The translations under genes were made by a program, and so were the position numbers. Below are positions 1 to 9,435 of a stretch of 64,000 nucleotides of DNA, in pieces; position 1 is the stretch's first letter; each line of letters begins with the position of its first letter. The stretch is taken from contig JAEEHM010000080.1 in the NCBI GenBank assembly GCA_016280895.1, positions 1,297 through 65,296 of the forward strand, in the 5' to 3' direction. The notes beneath the pieces are model-generated. The model was not told the origin of the DNA. It saw only the letters and a program-made list of their open reading frames with translations, and did no database searches. This stretch comes from Bacillota bacterium (GTDB taxonomy: Bacteria > Bacillota_I > Bacilli_A > ML615J-28 > CAG-698).

Positions 1-1863
1 GAAAAATCATTAGTACTTAATACTGTAGCTTATTTAAGAACTGCTTTACTTGTTATCTTTATTACTATTTTCTTACTAATCAATCTTGTATTATTAGTAG
101 TTGGTATTATCTATATTAGAAGAGAACAAGATTTAAAGAGTAATAGATTAAGATTCTTCTTTGCGAAACCATTCATTATTAATATCAATAGAAAAGGTAA
201 AATTAGAAGTATTAATAAACGTGCTCTTGATTCAATTCAGGGTTTAAGAAAATATAAATATATTTTTGATTTTAAGTTCTATGACTTAGATGATGAAATA
301 ATGAAACGTATCAAACAACAAAAATCATTCACATTAGAATCGAGAGATAAGGAAGATAATAAATTATATATTAGAATGGTTCCTTTAAAGATTCTATTTG
401 GATTTAGTTTGGTTGGTGAAGATGTTACTCAATCACTTTATGAACAAATTAAGAATAGTCAAATAGCTCTATATAATAATGTAACTAAATTACCTAATAG
501 ATATATTTTAGAGCGTGACTTAAATGAAGTATTAGCATCTCCTAAGTTTGCATCTACTACATACGCAATCGTTGCCATCGATTTTATTGACTTCATGAAG
601 ATCAATAGAATGTTTGGTTTTAGTGCTGGTGATAGAATGTTAAGAGAAGAAGCTAAGGTCTTAAGAGCTGTTACTGAAGATTTTAAAGCGAAGATTTATA
701 ATATTAGAACAAGTATCTTCTTTATCTTATTCTATGAAATTAGAGATTTCAATGTAATCATTGAATGGAATAAGACTGCAAGTGCTATGCTATCAAAGCC
801 TATCAATATCAAAGATAACTTCGCGACATCAATTGATTTCAAGATGGGTATGTATAGTACAGAAGGTACTAAAGCTGCTGATTTAAGTGCAGATAAGATT
901 TATGATTGTGCAAATTCAGCCTTAGAAAGAGCTAAGAACTCAAGATTATTAAAGACTGCAATTTATAATAATGAATTTGGTCAATCATTATCACGTGACC
1001 AATTGATGGAACAAGACTTATTTACTGCTGTTAAAGAAAGAGAATTTATAATGTTCTTCCAACCACAATACAATACACGTATTGGTAAGATTGTTGGCTT
1101 TGAAGCTTTGATTCGTTGGAATAATCCTAAATATTTCCGTGAACAAGTTGAAAATTACATCAAGATGGCTGAAAAGAATGGCCTAATCATGGAATTAGGT
1201 AAAATCATTATTGAAGAAACATTTAAATTTGCGAAGAAGATTGAAGACACTGGTATTCATATTTCAATGAACGTTTCACCTGCACAATTGTTGCACTCTG
1301 GTTTCGTTAATGATTTGATTAATTATTTTGATCAATATGATTTAAAACCAGGAAGAATTTCTATTGAAATTACTGAAACATTCTTGATGGAAAACTCTGC
1401 TGTTATCATTGAAAAGCTAAAGATCTTAAGAGAAAAAGGCTTTGGTATTCACTTAGATGACTTTGGTATTGGTTATTCATCAATGTTGTACTTAAAAGAC
1501 TTACCTGTTGATACAATCAAAATCGATAAAGACTTTATTAAAGATGCTACATCTGATAAATTCTCACGTGTTATCGTAACACGTATCGTTCAATTAGCCT
1601 TAGGTCTAGATTTAAATCTTGTTGCTGAAGGTGTTGAAAATGAAAAACAAATGAACTTCTTATCGCATATTGGTTGTGATGTAATTCAAGGTTACTTAAT
1701 TAGTAAACCAGTTAATGAAGAAGAAACACTTAAATTAATTGATAAATATAATAAAGATTATCAAGTATCAAGTGATGACATTAATGAACAAATCGCAAAC
1801 GCTGGAAATGGTGATGAATTCGTTAAACCAATTGCGAAGACTAAGAAGAGAAAATCAAGATAG
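1..1863 (+). CDS. Membrane-associated degenerate-GGDEF / EAL c-di-GMP phosphodiesterase (5' end lies outside the window)
   Basis: Frame 1 is open from nt 1, with a TM-like LLVIFITIFLLINLVLLVVGII before the listed Met at 301. EAL motifs are intact: EALIRW, MNVSP, EITE, DDFGIGYSS, KIDKDF, EGVE, QGY. The GGDEF signature position reads RTSIFF, so it is degenerate. Confidence 0.85.
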   Translation, partial: EKSLVLNTVAYLRTALLVIFITIFLLINLVLLVVGIIYIRREQDLKSNRLRFFFAKPFIININRKGKIRSINKRALDSIQGLRKYKYIFDFKFYDLDDEIMKRIKQQKSFTLESRDKEDNKLYIRMVPLKILFGFSLVGEDVTQSLYEQIKNSQIALYNNVTKLPNRYILERDLNEVLASPKFASTTYAIVAIDFIDFMKINRMFGFSAGDRMLREEAKVLRAVTEDFKAKIYNIRTSIFFILFYEIRDFNVIIEWNKTASAMLSKPINIKDNFATSIDFKMGMYSTEGTKAADLSADKIYDCANSALERAKNSRLLKTAIYNNEFGQSLSRDQLMEQDLFTAVKEREFIMFFQPQYNTRIGKIVGFEALIRWNNPKYFREQVENYIKMAEKNGLIMELGKIIIEETFKFAKKIEDTGIHISMNVSPAQLLHSGFVNDLINYFDQYDLKPGRISIEITETFLMENSAVIIEKLKILREKGFGIHLDDFGIGYSSMLYLKDLPVDTIKIDKDFIKDATSDKFSRVIVTRIVQLALGLDLNLVAEGVENEKQMNFLSHIGCDVIQGYLISKPVNEEETLKLIDKYNKDYQVSSDDINEQIANAGNGDEFVKPIAKTKKRKSR

Positions 1864-1877
1864 AAGGAGGAAATAGA

Positions 1878-3737
1878 ATGCTATTTGGATATGATATTGA
1901 CACACATTTAGGTTTAAATGTGCTTGTTGCGATATTTGCAGTTCTTGCAACAATCGCTCTTGCTTTCTTCATTTTCCGTTCAATTAAGAAGGAAAAGAAG
2001 AAATTCCAAGAGGAAGCAATCAATTATATTGATGGTCTAATTCAAAAGAATGAATTAATTGCGGATGTTACTACTTACATTTCAAGATCATCTGCTGCTG
2101 AATTTTCTCTAATCTATATTGACTTAGATAAGTTTTCTAATATAATTGATGCATTCGGAAAAGATGAAGCAAACAATATTTTAAGTAAGGTTGCTTACAT
2201 TTTAGTTGATAACCTACCTCCACGTGTAGAGCTTACAAGATTACAAGATGATAAGTTTGTTGCTTTTGCGAGAGGTGAATACAGAAAAGATGAAGTTGAA
2301 GAAATTGCGTTAAAATTGTTAGAGGCTATTAGTAAGCCAATTAAATTCTTTGGTGATAATGAAATAACAATTACAGCAAGTATTGGTATAGCCTTATACC
2401 CAAGTCATGGACTTACTTATAAAGACTTAATCAATGATGCCGAGATTGCGGTATATTTGTGTAAAAGAGAAGGTGGAAATGCTTATAAATTCTATTCACT
2501 TGAAAATATGAGTGAAAGTGCTAACCTTGCTTATTACCAACAAATTAAGAAGGGTATTAAGAACAAAGAATTTACATTGTATTATCAACCAATGATTGAC
2601 ACTAATAAGAAAGATATTTATGCTATTGAAGGTCTACTTAGATGGAATCATCCTGAATATGGTGTACTTTCTCCATTTAAGTTTATCAACATTATGGAAC
2701 AAACTGGTGATATTAACTGGGTTGGTGAATGGGGCTTAGAAACACTTGCTAAAGAACAAGCATATTTAGCAAGAAGATATCCTGACAAGACAATTTTAAT
2801 GTCTATGAACCTTTCTCCAAAACAATTAGCTTCAGCTACTATAGTAGAAAGTTTTACTACAATCGCAAGAAAAGCTAAAGTAAATCCTAAAAACATCATT
2901 TTAGAGGTTGAAGAATTTACTTTATTTGAAAAGCATGAAGCCATCAAACAAAATGTTGCTAACTTAAGTAAGGCTGGCTTTAATATTGCAGTTGATGGAT
3001 TTAGTTTAGATTATTCAACACTTTCAAAATTAGCTTCAATGCCAATTGATGTTGTTAAGGTTGGTAATGATTTCTTAGATTCAGAAAATGAAACATTCTT
3101 AAAAGAAAAGTTTGTTAATATGTTAGTTGATTATACTATGAAAGAAAACAAGACTATTGTTTCTGAAGGTATTGAAAACTTTGATATGTTAGTTAAAGCA
3201 AAAGATATGAATTTAGGTATTCAACAAGGTTATTATTTTGCTAAACCTATGGATGCTGATGATTTAGATGATTATCTTGATGCTGAAGAATGGGTTGGCT
3301 TAATCGATAGTAATAAGGCTAAGGAAGAAAATCCATTTGAAGAACAAACAACTGAAGAACAAACTTCTGAAGATGTTCAAACTTCAGATGAAGCACAAAC
3401 TTCTGAAGAAGTTAATGAAGTTGAAGAACTTCCTCAAGATGAAGCTCCAGTAGAAGAACAAACTACTAAAGAAGTTTCTAAAGTAAAGAAAGAAAAGAAA
3501 TCTAAAAAAGCTAAAAAGGAAGAAAAAGCTGTAGTCGAAGAAGAAACTCCAGCTGAAGAACCAGTAGCTGATGAAGAGCAACCTGCTGCTGAAGAAGAAC
3601 AAACATCTGGTGATGTCTCAGAAGATGTTCCTGCAGAAGAAGTAAGTGAAGAAGCACAAACATCTGAAGAACAAACATCTGAAGATGCACAAACATCTGA
3701 AGATGTTAGTGAAGAAGAAAAAGAATCTAATGAATAG
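1878..3737 (+). CDS. TM-anchored degenerate-GGDEF / variant-EAL protein with a long acidic C-terminal tail
   Basis: N-terminal TM (VLVAIFAVLATIALAFFIF). GGDEF fold (YIDLDKF...) with RLQDDKF in place of RxGGDEF. The EAL domain keeps EGLLRW, MNLSP, EVEE, EGIE and QQGY, but DDFG becomes VDGFSLDYS and KID becomes KVG. About 150 aa of E/T/S/Q-rich tail. RBS aggagg lies 8 nt upstream. Confidence 0.85.
   Translation: MLFGYDIDTHLGLNVLVAIFAVLATIALAFFIFRSIKKEKKKFQEEAINYIDGLIQKNELIADVTTYISRSSAAEFSLIYIDLDKFSNIIDAFGKDEANNILSKVAYILVDNLPPRVELTRLQDDKFVAFARGEYRKDEVEEIALKLLEAISKPIKFFGDNEITITASIGIALYPSHGLTYKDLINDAEIAVYLCKREGGNAYKFYSLENMSESANLAYYQQIKKGIKNKEFTLYYQPMIDTNKKDIYAIEGLLRWNHPEYGVLSPFKFINIMEQTGDINWVGEWGLETLAKEQAYLARRYPDKTILMSMNLSPKQLASATIVESFTTIARKAKVNPKNIILEVEEFTLFEKHEAIKQNVANLSKAGFNIAVDGFSLDYSTLSKLASMPIDVVKVGNDFLDSENETFLKEKFVNMLVDYTMKENKTIVSEGIENFDMLVKAKDMNLGIQQGYYFAKPMDADDLDDYLDAEEWVGLIDSNKAKEENPFEEQTTEEQTSEDVQTSDEAQTSEEVNEVEELPQDEAPVEEQTTKEVSKVKKEKKSKKAKKEEKAVVEEETPAEEPVADEEQPAAEEEQTSGDVSEDVPAEEVSEEAQTSEEQTSEDAQTSEDVSEEEKESNE
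3360..3413 (+). repeat. 3 x 18-nt in-frame tandem repeat (caaacttc[tg/ag]a[ag]ga...) encoding QTS[ED][ED]x hexapeptides
   Basis: Read directly: caaacttctgaagatgtt / caaacttcagatgaagca / caaacttctgaagaagtt. Confidence 0.9.
3657..3707 (+). repeat. Second cluster of the QTSE(D/E)x-coding repeat (15+18+18 nt)
   Basis: caaacatctgaagaa / caaacatctgaagatgca / caaacatctgaagatgtt. A related copy, caaacatctggtgatgtc, sits at 3600-3617. Confidence 0.9.
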
Positions 3738-3748
3738 ATTATAAAAGA

Positions 3749-3781
3749 AAACACCATTTTAATTTTAAAATGGTGTTTTTT
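3749..3781. terminator. Bidirectional rho-independent terminator between convergent genes
   Basis: aacaccatttta / taaaatggtgtt stem flanked by an A-run and a T-run. Confidence 0.8.
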
Positions 3782-3782
3782 C

Positions 3783-5831
3783 TTATTGATTATCTTTTTT
3801 AGCATCATAGATATGGAATTCTTTCTTTTTATATCTATTAGGTACTATTTGGATATAGAATGGATAAAGTCTAAAATTAGATGATATTGTATTTACATAA
3901 GCTCTGATTTTATTTAGAGTTTTTTCCCAAAGATTTTGATTATTGTCTGTTAGTTTTATATAAAATACTAATATATGATTTTCTATATCCTTTTTCTTTT
4001 TTGTTCCAACAACAATATGTAAGATTTCATCTGATTCTTTTGCGATTTCAATGATTTTTTGAATTACTTCTTGATTTGTATATGGAAGTAGTTTTTCACC
4101 GTAATTAAAGCGTAGATTTAAATTATAAGTATCATCCATTTTCTTGAATGTATGTTTCTTTAATTCCTCTTTTTCATCTTTCATTCCCATGTATGTATAA
4201 TATTCAAGAAGAAGTCCATGAGCTTGAGCTCCTATTTCAGAATTATCTTTTTCTACATCTATTAAATATGAAAGACATGATGAATCTAAATCATTTTTAA
4301 ATAATAATAAACCTAAATAGAATTTTGCGATTAAATTATTTGAATCTTTTTCTAATATTTTTGAAAATATTTCTTTTGAAAATTCTAAATCAGCAAAATC
4401 TAGAGAATCTTGTGCGATTGCTGATAATTCATTAACATCTTCATCGTAATTGTTTTCGATTAACTTTTTCTTTTCTATTAAATATTTTGTTGCATAATAT
4501 TGGTTTTGATCTTTAAGATTATTTAATGCGATATGGTCTTTTTGTAAATCATTATTTAATTCTTTGACATAATTATTGATATCTTCATCAAATTCTGTAT
4601 TTAAGATCAATTCTTTATCTATAACTTTACCTGTATCAAATTTTTCTAATCTTTGTTTGATGGTAGGGTGAGTTATGATAATAGGTGATAGATAGTTTTT
4701 ACTTGCATATGTGAAGAAATCTAAATGTTTGTAGTAATATGATTTTATTAGATTTAGCTTGATATTCAATAATTCTTCATCAAATTTTAATTCTTTAGTA
4801 AAATAAATATAATAATCTAAGTAAGAAACATTTTGACAAGATAAATCAAGTCCAAATATTTTAAAACTAGCATCGGAATATGCAGGTGCTAATCCTTTTT
4901 CTAATACTAGATCATCAGCCTTATGTTCGAATAGAACATTTGTAGCTTCTTTCAACATTTCGGATTCAATCGCAATTTTACCTAGATTAGGTGTTAAAAC
5001 ACTAAAATTAGATGGCGATAAATAATCTAATCTATTAATATATTTATACATTTCTGCTGATTTTGAAGTGTCTTTATTCTTGTAATGTGCAATTTCATGA
5101 TATATGATTGATTTTATTTCTTCAGTATTTAAGAATTTTAAAATGATATAAGAAATATTAATACCAATTTTATTCTTTATTTCATATATTCCAGCATTAC
5201 AATCATTTGTGATATTAATGATTATATCTTTATTTATTCCTTCTTTTTTAAATTCTTCAATTATTAGTTTTGATAAATTAGGATATAAATCATGATTGTT
5301 CTTGATAGATTGAATGTTGAATAATTTTAATAGCGCTCTGAAAATATAGCTGAATGCGATAGAAAAAATTACCATTACTGAAACAGAAATGACTGTTATG
5401 TATACAGCATTGTAATCAAATTCTTCTGATAATCTTGTTAGTACATGATAATTTAGCCCAAACATCAACATTGTGGAAAAGATAAATATGTGTGAGATGA
5501 TTGCTGTATAATATTCTTTCTTATAATTCTTTATTAGCTTTTCTTGTATTTCTTCAGTTTTAGTATTTAATTCTTTAATGCTGACAAGTTCTTGAAAAGC
5601 CTCGCTTGGCTTTATCTTATTCATCTTTTTAGTATTGTGTGTTTGTATTCCTCCATTGGCAAATATTAATACTAAAAATAATAAATGCATTATTATTGAT
5701 ATTATTGTGATAACATTATTATCAATATTAAAGAAATATGATAATAATATTCCTATTACATAAGGAATTGATGTTAAGATTAATGCTAATATAGCAGCAA
5801 TGATTATTTTTAATATTTTTAGTGCTTTCAT
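3783..5831 (-). CDS. Polytopic membrane zinc-metalloprotease-like protein (M48/M56-like HExxH) with helical-repeat C-terminal domain
   Basis: Several N-terminal TM helices. HEIAH motif in IIYHEIAHYKNKD. TPR-like C-terminal region (AKFYLGLLLFKNDLD...). Confidence 0.6.
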   Translation of the reverse strand: MKALKILKIIIAAILALILTSIPYVIGILLSYFFNIDNNVITIISIIMHLLFLVLIFANGGIQTHNTKKMNKIKPSEAFQELVSIKELNTKTEEIQEKLIKNYKKEYYTAIISHIFIFSTMLMFGLNYHVLTRLSEEFDYNAVYITVISVSVMVIFSIAFSYIFRALLKLFNIQSIKNNHDLYPNLSKLIIEEFKKEGINKDIIINITNDCNAGIYEIKNKIGINISYIILKFLNTEEIKSIIYHEIAHYKNKDTSKSAEMYKYINRLDYLSPSNFSVLTPNLGKIAIESEMLKEATNVLFEHKADDLVLEKGLAPAYSDASFKIFGLDLSCQNVSYLDYYIYFTKELKFDEELLNIKLNLIKSYYYKHLDFFTYASKNYLSPIIITHPTIKQRLEKFDTGKVIDKELILNTEFDEDINNYVKELNNDLQKDHIALNNLKDQNQYYATKYLIEKKKLIENNYDEDVNELSAIAQDSLDFADLEFSKEIFSKILEKDSNNLIAKFYLGLLLFKNDLDSSCLSYLIDVEKDNSEIGAQAHGLLLEYYTYMGMKDEKEELKKHTFKKMDDTYNLNLRFNYGEKLLPYTNQEVIQKIIEIAKESDEILHIVVGTKKKKDIENHILVFYIKLTDNNQNLWEKTLNKIRAYVNTISSNFRLYPFYIQIVPNRYKKKEFHIYDAKKDNQ

Positions 5832-5994
5832 AATATACCTCTTTTATATTATAACATATTTATGATGTAATTGTATATTTATATTAAAAAAATATAATAA
5901 TTCCAAAAAATATAAAAGAATTTGAGAAAATATCTCAAATTCCTTTACTTTTTTATTAAGATGTGATAAAATTATGGCATAAAAGGTGGATATT

Positions 5995-7203
5995 ATGTTA
6001 TTACAATTTAAATTTAAGAATTTTAAGTCATTTAAAGAAGAAACAATACTAAATATGGAAGCTACATCAATTAAAGATCATAATAATTCTTTAATTGAAA
6101 TTAATAATATCAAAACATTACCTGTTGCTGGTATATATGGTGCTAACGCAAGTGGTAAATCTAATCTATTTGAAGCATTTAATTTTATGCAAATATATTT
6201 ATCAGCTAAAGCAAATGATTTTATTAAGTCAAAAATAGGCTTTATTTTTGATGATAATACATATAAAGAAGCAACAGAATTTGAAGTATGTTTATACTTA
6301 AAAGAATTAGATAAAGAAATAAGATATGGTTTTTCTGTCTATGACAACGAATTCTTGGAAGAGTGGTTATATACTAAAGCTTTTTCTAAAACACCAAATA
6401 TTAAAGAAAAGTGTGTTTTTTATCGAAATGCTGATAACAAAATTGAAAGTGATATTAAAGATTATAATATTAAAAAAGAAATTGAATTTGTAGCTTCAGT
6501 TACTACTTCAAATGAACTTATGCTTACAAATATTGGTAAAAGAAATATAATAGAATATAGTGAGATATATTATTATTTATTAATGGATTCCAAATTTATT
6601 AATTATTCTTATATCATTGATGAAAATATATATAGAAATCAATTATTATTAAAGTTCTTATATGAACATAAAAACAACATTAATATCTTAAGTAATGCTT
6701 TAAATAAAATTGATAATGCGATAAAAAGAATTGAAATTAAGAAAAAAAATAATGAAAATTTAGAAATATATTATTATGTAGATTCTATCCATTTAAATTC
6801 AAATAATGAAGAAGTTGCATTTCCATTTGAAAAAGAATCTTGTGGAACAAAAAAATATTTTGGTTTAATCCTTTATATTATTGATGCTATGGAAACAGGT
6901 AAGCCTATTTTTGTGGATGAATTAGATTCTAAATTACATCCATTATTACTTCGTTATATTGTTAGACAATTTCATGATAAGAATGTTAATAAAAATGGTG
7001 GACAATTGATATTTAGTGCTCACAATATAATTTGTTTGAACAGTAAAGATCTAAGAAGAGATGAAATTTGGTTTGTGGAAAAGAAGAATCAAGCATCTGA
7101 ATTGTATTCTTTATATGATTTTAGAGATAGTGGAGCAAGAAATGATCTTGAATTTGGAAAGAATTATTTAAGTGGAAGATTTGGTGCTATACCATTTGAA
7201 TGA
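5995..7203 (+). CDS. AAA15/AAA21-type ATPase, AbiLi/RloA-like
   Basis: RBS aaaggtgg plus ATG at 5995, preferred over the GTG at 5986. N-terminus MLLQFKFKNFKSF, Walker A GANASGKSN, Walker B/D-loop FVDELDSKLHP, IFSAHN. Confidence 0.8.
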   Translation: MLLQFKFKNFKSFKEETILNMEATSIKDHNNSLIEINNIKTLPVAGIYGANASGKSNLFEAFNFMQIYLSAKANDFIKSKIGFIFDDNTYKEATEFEVCLYLKELDKEIRYGFSVYDNEFLEEWLYTKAFSKTPNIKEKCVFYRNADNKIESDIKDYNIKKEIEFVASVTTSNELMLTNIGKRNIIEYSEIYYYLLMDSKFINYSYIIDENIYRNQLLLKFLYEHKNNINILSNALNKIDNAIKRIEIKKKNNENLEIYYYVDSIHLNSNNEEVAFPFEKESCGTKKYFGLILYIIDAMETGKPIFVDELDSKLHPLLLRYIVRQFHDKNVNKNGGQLIFSAHNIICLNSKDLRRDEIWFVEKKNQASELYSLYDFRDSGARNDLEFGKNYLSGRFGAIPFE

Positions 7204-7211
7204 GGTGAATA

Positions 7212-7847
7212 ATGTCAAGAAGAGATGAGGGAAGAAAAGAAAGAATATCAAAAAATATCAGTCCAAAAGGCGAAGAGTGGTATTTCTATTCTGAAGGAAA
7301 AGAAACAGAACCTAATTATTTAAAATCTTTATTTGAAAATGTTGATAAAGATAAAGAATCAATTAATCCAATTATTGAAGGATTAGGTATGGTTAGCTTA
7401 TCTTTAGTAAATGATGTAATAGAGAAAGACAATAAAATAGTAAAAGAGCATAAAACATTTGTGTTATTTGATAAGGATGATAATCCTAATGTGAATTTTA
7501 ATTTTGCTATTGATAAAGCTAAACAGAATAATATTATTCCCCTTTGGTCAAATGAATGTTTTGAATTATGGCTATTACTTCATTTTAATTATATAGATTC
7601 TAATATTTCTAGAAATGATTATTATGATAAACTAAAAACTTTGACTAAAAGTAAGACATATAAAAAGAATTTGGAAACTATCTTTGACGAAGTTAATGGA
7701 ATAGACGGTCTTTTAATAGCTTATAAGAATGCGAAAAGGTTATTTAACAATTATAAAGGCAATAGTTATAAGGACATGGCACCATGTACAACTGTATTTG
7801 AATTGATAGATGAGATTAATAAGGTCATTAATGTTTTAAAGAAGTAG
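7212..7847 (+). CDS. RloB-like protein (AbiLii-like partner)
   Basis: Starts 9 nt after the ATPase stop. RloB signatures: YSEGKETEPNYL, LFDKDD, WSNECFELWLLLHF. Confidence 0.8.
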   Translation: MSRRDEGRKERISKNISPKGEEWYFYSEGKETEPNYLKSLFENVDKDKESINPIIEGLGMVSLSLVNDVIEKDNKIVKEHKTFVLFDKDDNPNVNFNFAIDKAKQNNIIPLWSNECFELWLLLHFNYIDSNISRNDYYDKLKTLTKSKTYKKNLETIFDEVNGIDGLLIAYKNAKRLFNNYKGNSYKDMAPCTTVFELIDEINKVINVLKK

Positions 7848-7866
7848 TCTTTAAAAACTTAAATAT

Positions 7867-7887
7867 CGAAACAAAATGTTTCGAAAT
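7867..7887. repeat. 21-bp palindrome-containing repeat cgaaacaaaatgtttcgaaat (copy 1)
   Basis: Identical to 10115-10135. Arms cgaaaca/tgtttcg are inverted repeats, and flanking bases are also partly similar. Confidence 0.9.
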
Positions 7888-7939
7888 TCGAGTTTTTAAG
7901 ACAGCGTCGAAATGTAAATTTTATTATAGAATAAAATAT

Positions 7940-7979
7940 TTGACATTTACGCTAAAATATATTATAATATTTAGCGTAA
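7940..7979 (+). promoter_or_regulatory. abiE promoter with embracing 10-bp inverted-repeat operator
   Basis: ttgaca (7940-7945), 17 nt, tataat (7963-7968). Perfect IR ttacgctaaa (7947-7956) / tttagcgtaa (7970-7979) brackets the -10. Confidence 0.7.
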
Positions 7980-7991
7980 GAGGAAAACGTT

Positions 7992-8579
7992 ATGAAGGAC
8001 AAATTAAATGATTTTGTGAACAAAAACAATGGTTATCTTATTTCTGCTTATGCGAGAGAAGAAGGTTTTTCAAGACAATATATTTCTTATTATGCTAGAA
8101 AAAACAACTTAGAAAGAGTTGCAGAAGGTATTTATATTACAGAAGATACATGGCCAGATTATTTATATATTTCACAATTACGAAATGAAGAAGTTGTGTT
8201 TTCATTTGAAACGGCATTATATCTTCATGGTTTAATGGACAGAGAACCTACTTTTACTAGTGTGTCTGTTAATTATGGTTATAACGCAATGCATTTAAAG
8301 AATAAGGGATTCAAAGTTCATACTTCTATTACAGATATTTATAATATTGGGATTGAGACTGTTGAAACACAATTTGGAAATGTTGTTAAAACATATGACA
8401 TGGAAAGAACAATTTGCGATATTATTAAATATAAAAAATATATGGATATTCAAGTGTTCACTACAGCATTGAAAGAATATGTAAAAAGTGATAATAAACG
8501 TATTCCTGTCTTAATGGATTATGCAAAAAAATTGAAGGTTGAAGATAAAGTTAAAGATTATTTTGAGGTGTTATTGTGA
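7992..8579 (+). CDS. abiEi: Type IV toxin-antitoxin AbiEi-family antitoxin / transcriptional repressor
   Basis: N-terminal wHTH pattern (NNGYLISAYAREEGFSRQYISYYARKNNLERVAEGIY). 4-nt overlap (GTGA) with the downstream AbiEii reading frame. Confidence 0.75.
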   Translation: MKDKLNDFVNKNNGYLISAYAREEGFSRQYISYYARKNNLERVAEGIYITEDTWPDYLYISQLRNEEVVFSFETALYLHGLMDREPTFTSVSVNYGYNAMHLKNKGFKVHTSITDIYNIGIETVETQFGNVVKTYDMERTICDIIKYKKYMDIQVFTTALKEYVKSDNKRIPVLMDYAKKLKVEDKVKDYFEVLL

Positions 8580-9415
8580 TTGTTAGCACTCCACAATTAA
8601 AAGCAAAAATAAGAAAACTATCAGATGGTAATAGTGACAAGTCACAAGCTTTGCTTAGAACATTTTTTATGGAAAGATTTTTGGAAAGGCTATGCAACTC
8701 TGATTATAAAAATAACTTCTATTTAAAAGGAGGCATACTTGTCTCATCATTATTGGGACTTGATGTACGTTCAACAATGGATATTGATACAACAATTTCC
8801 GAATTTAATCTAGATCATGAAACTACTAAACGCGTTATCGAAGAAATAATAAATATTGATATTAATGATGGGGTTACATTTGAAATAATTAAAGAAGCAA
8901 AAATAATGGATGAAGCTGACTATCCTGGCATTCGCTTCACGTTACAAGCAAATTTTGAAAAGATTAAACAAAAAATAAAAATCGATATTTCAACAAGTGA
9001 TATTATTACACCATCAGCAATTGAATATAATTATAAATTAATGTTGTAAGATAAGACTATTCAATTGAGATCTTATAATATTGAAACTTTATTAGCAGAA
9101 AAAATAGAAACAATAATGGCTAGAGGAACAACAAACACAAGAATGCGAGATTTCTATGATATATACCAAATATATATGCAAAGAGAAGATTCTATTTCTT
9201 TTAACTTATTGAAGAAAGCTTTTGAAAATACTAGTAAAAGAAGAAAATCATATAATTTATTTTCAAATATTGAAAATATATTATATGATATTCAACAAAA
9301 CGAAGAGATGATGTTAAATTGGGAAAATTATAAAAATGATTCTTATTATGTTGGTGAATTAAGTTGGAAAGAAGTGAACGAAACAATTCAAATTGTAATT
9401 AAAAAAATGAAATAA
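8576..9415 (+). pseudogene. abiEii: AbiEii/AbiGii-family nucleotidyltransferase toxin interrupted by one in-frame TAA (9047-9049)
   Basis: ORFs 8576-9049 and 9065-9415 are in the same frame (...KLML*DKTIQLRSYNIE...). N-terminal part has FMERFLERL...FYLKGG...STMDIDT. C-terminal part has LLAEKIETIMARGTTNTRMRDFYDIY. Confidence 0.75.
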
Positions 9416-9435
9416 TAATTGAGAAGGAGAAGAAA

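Noticed and set aside
1841-3808. Antisense and alternate-frame ORFs (1841-2023, 2648-2947, 3384-3602, 3434-3808, 3511-3696)
   Set aside because: They lie inside well-supported EAL-protein genes on the opposite strand. They are low-complexity (F/S/L-rich) mirror translations of the acidic repeat region and have no RBS.
7867-7887. LexA (Cheo-box) SOS operator
   Set aside because: The sequence is CGAAAC-N5-GTTTCG, not the Firmicute CGAAC-N4-GTTCG geometry, and the adjacent genes are not SOS genes.
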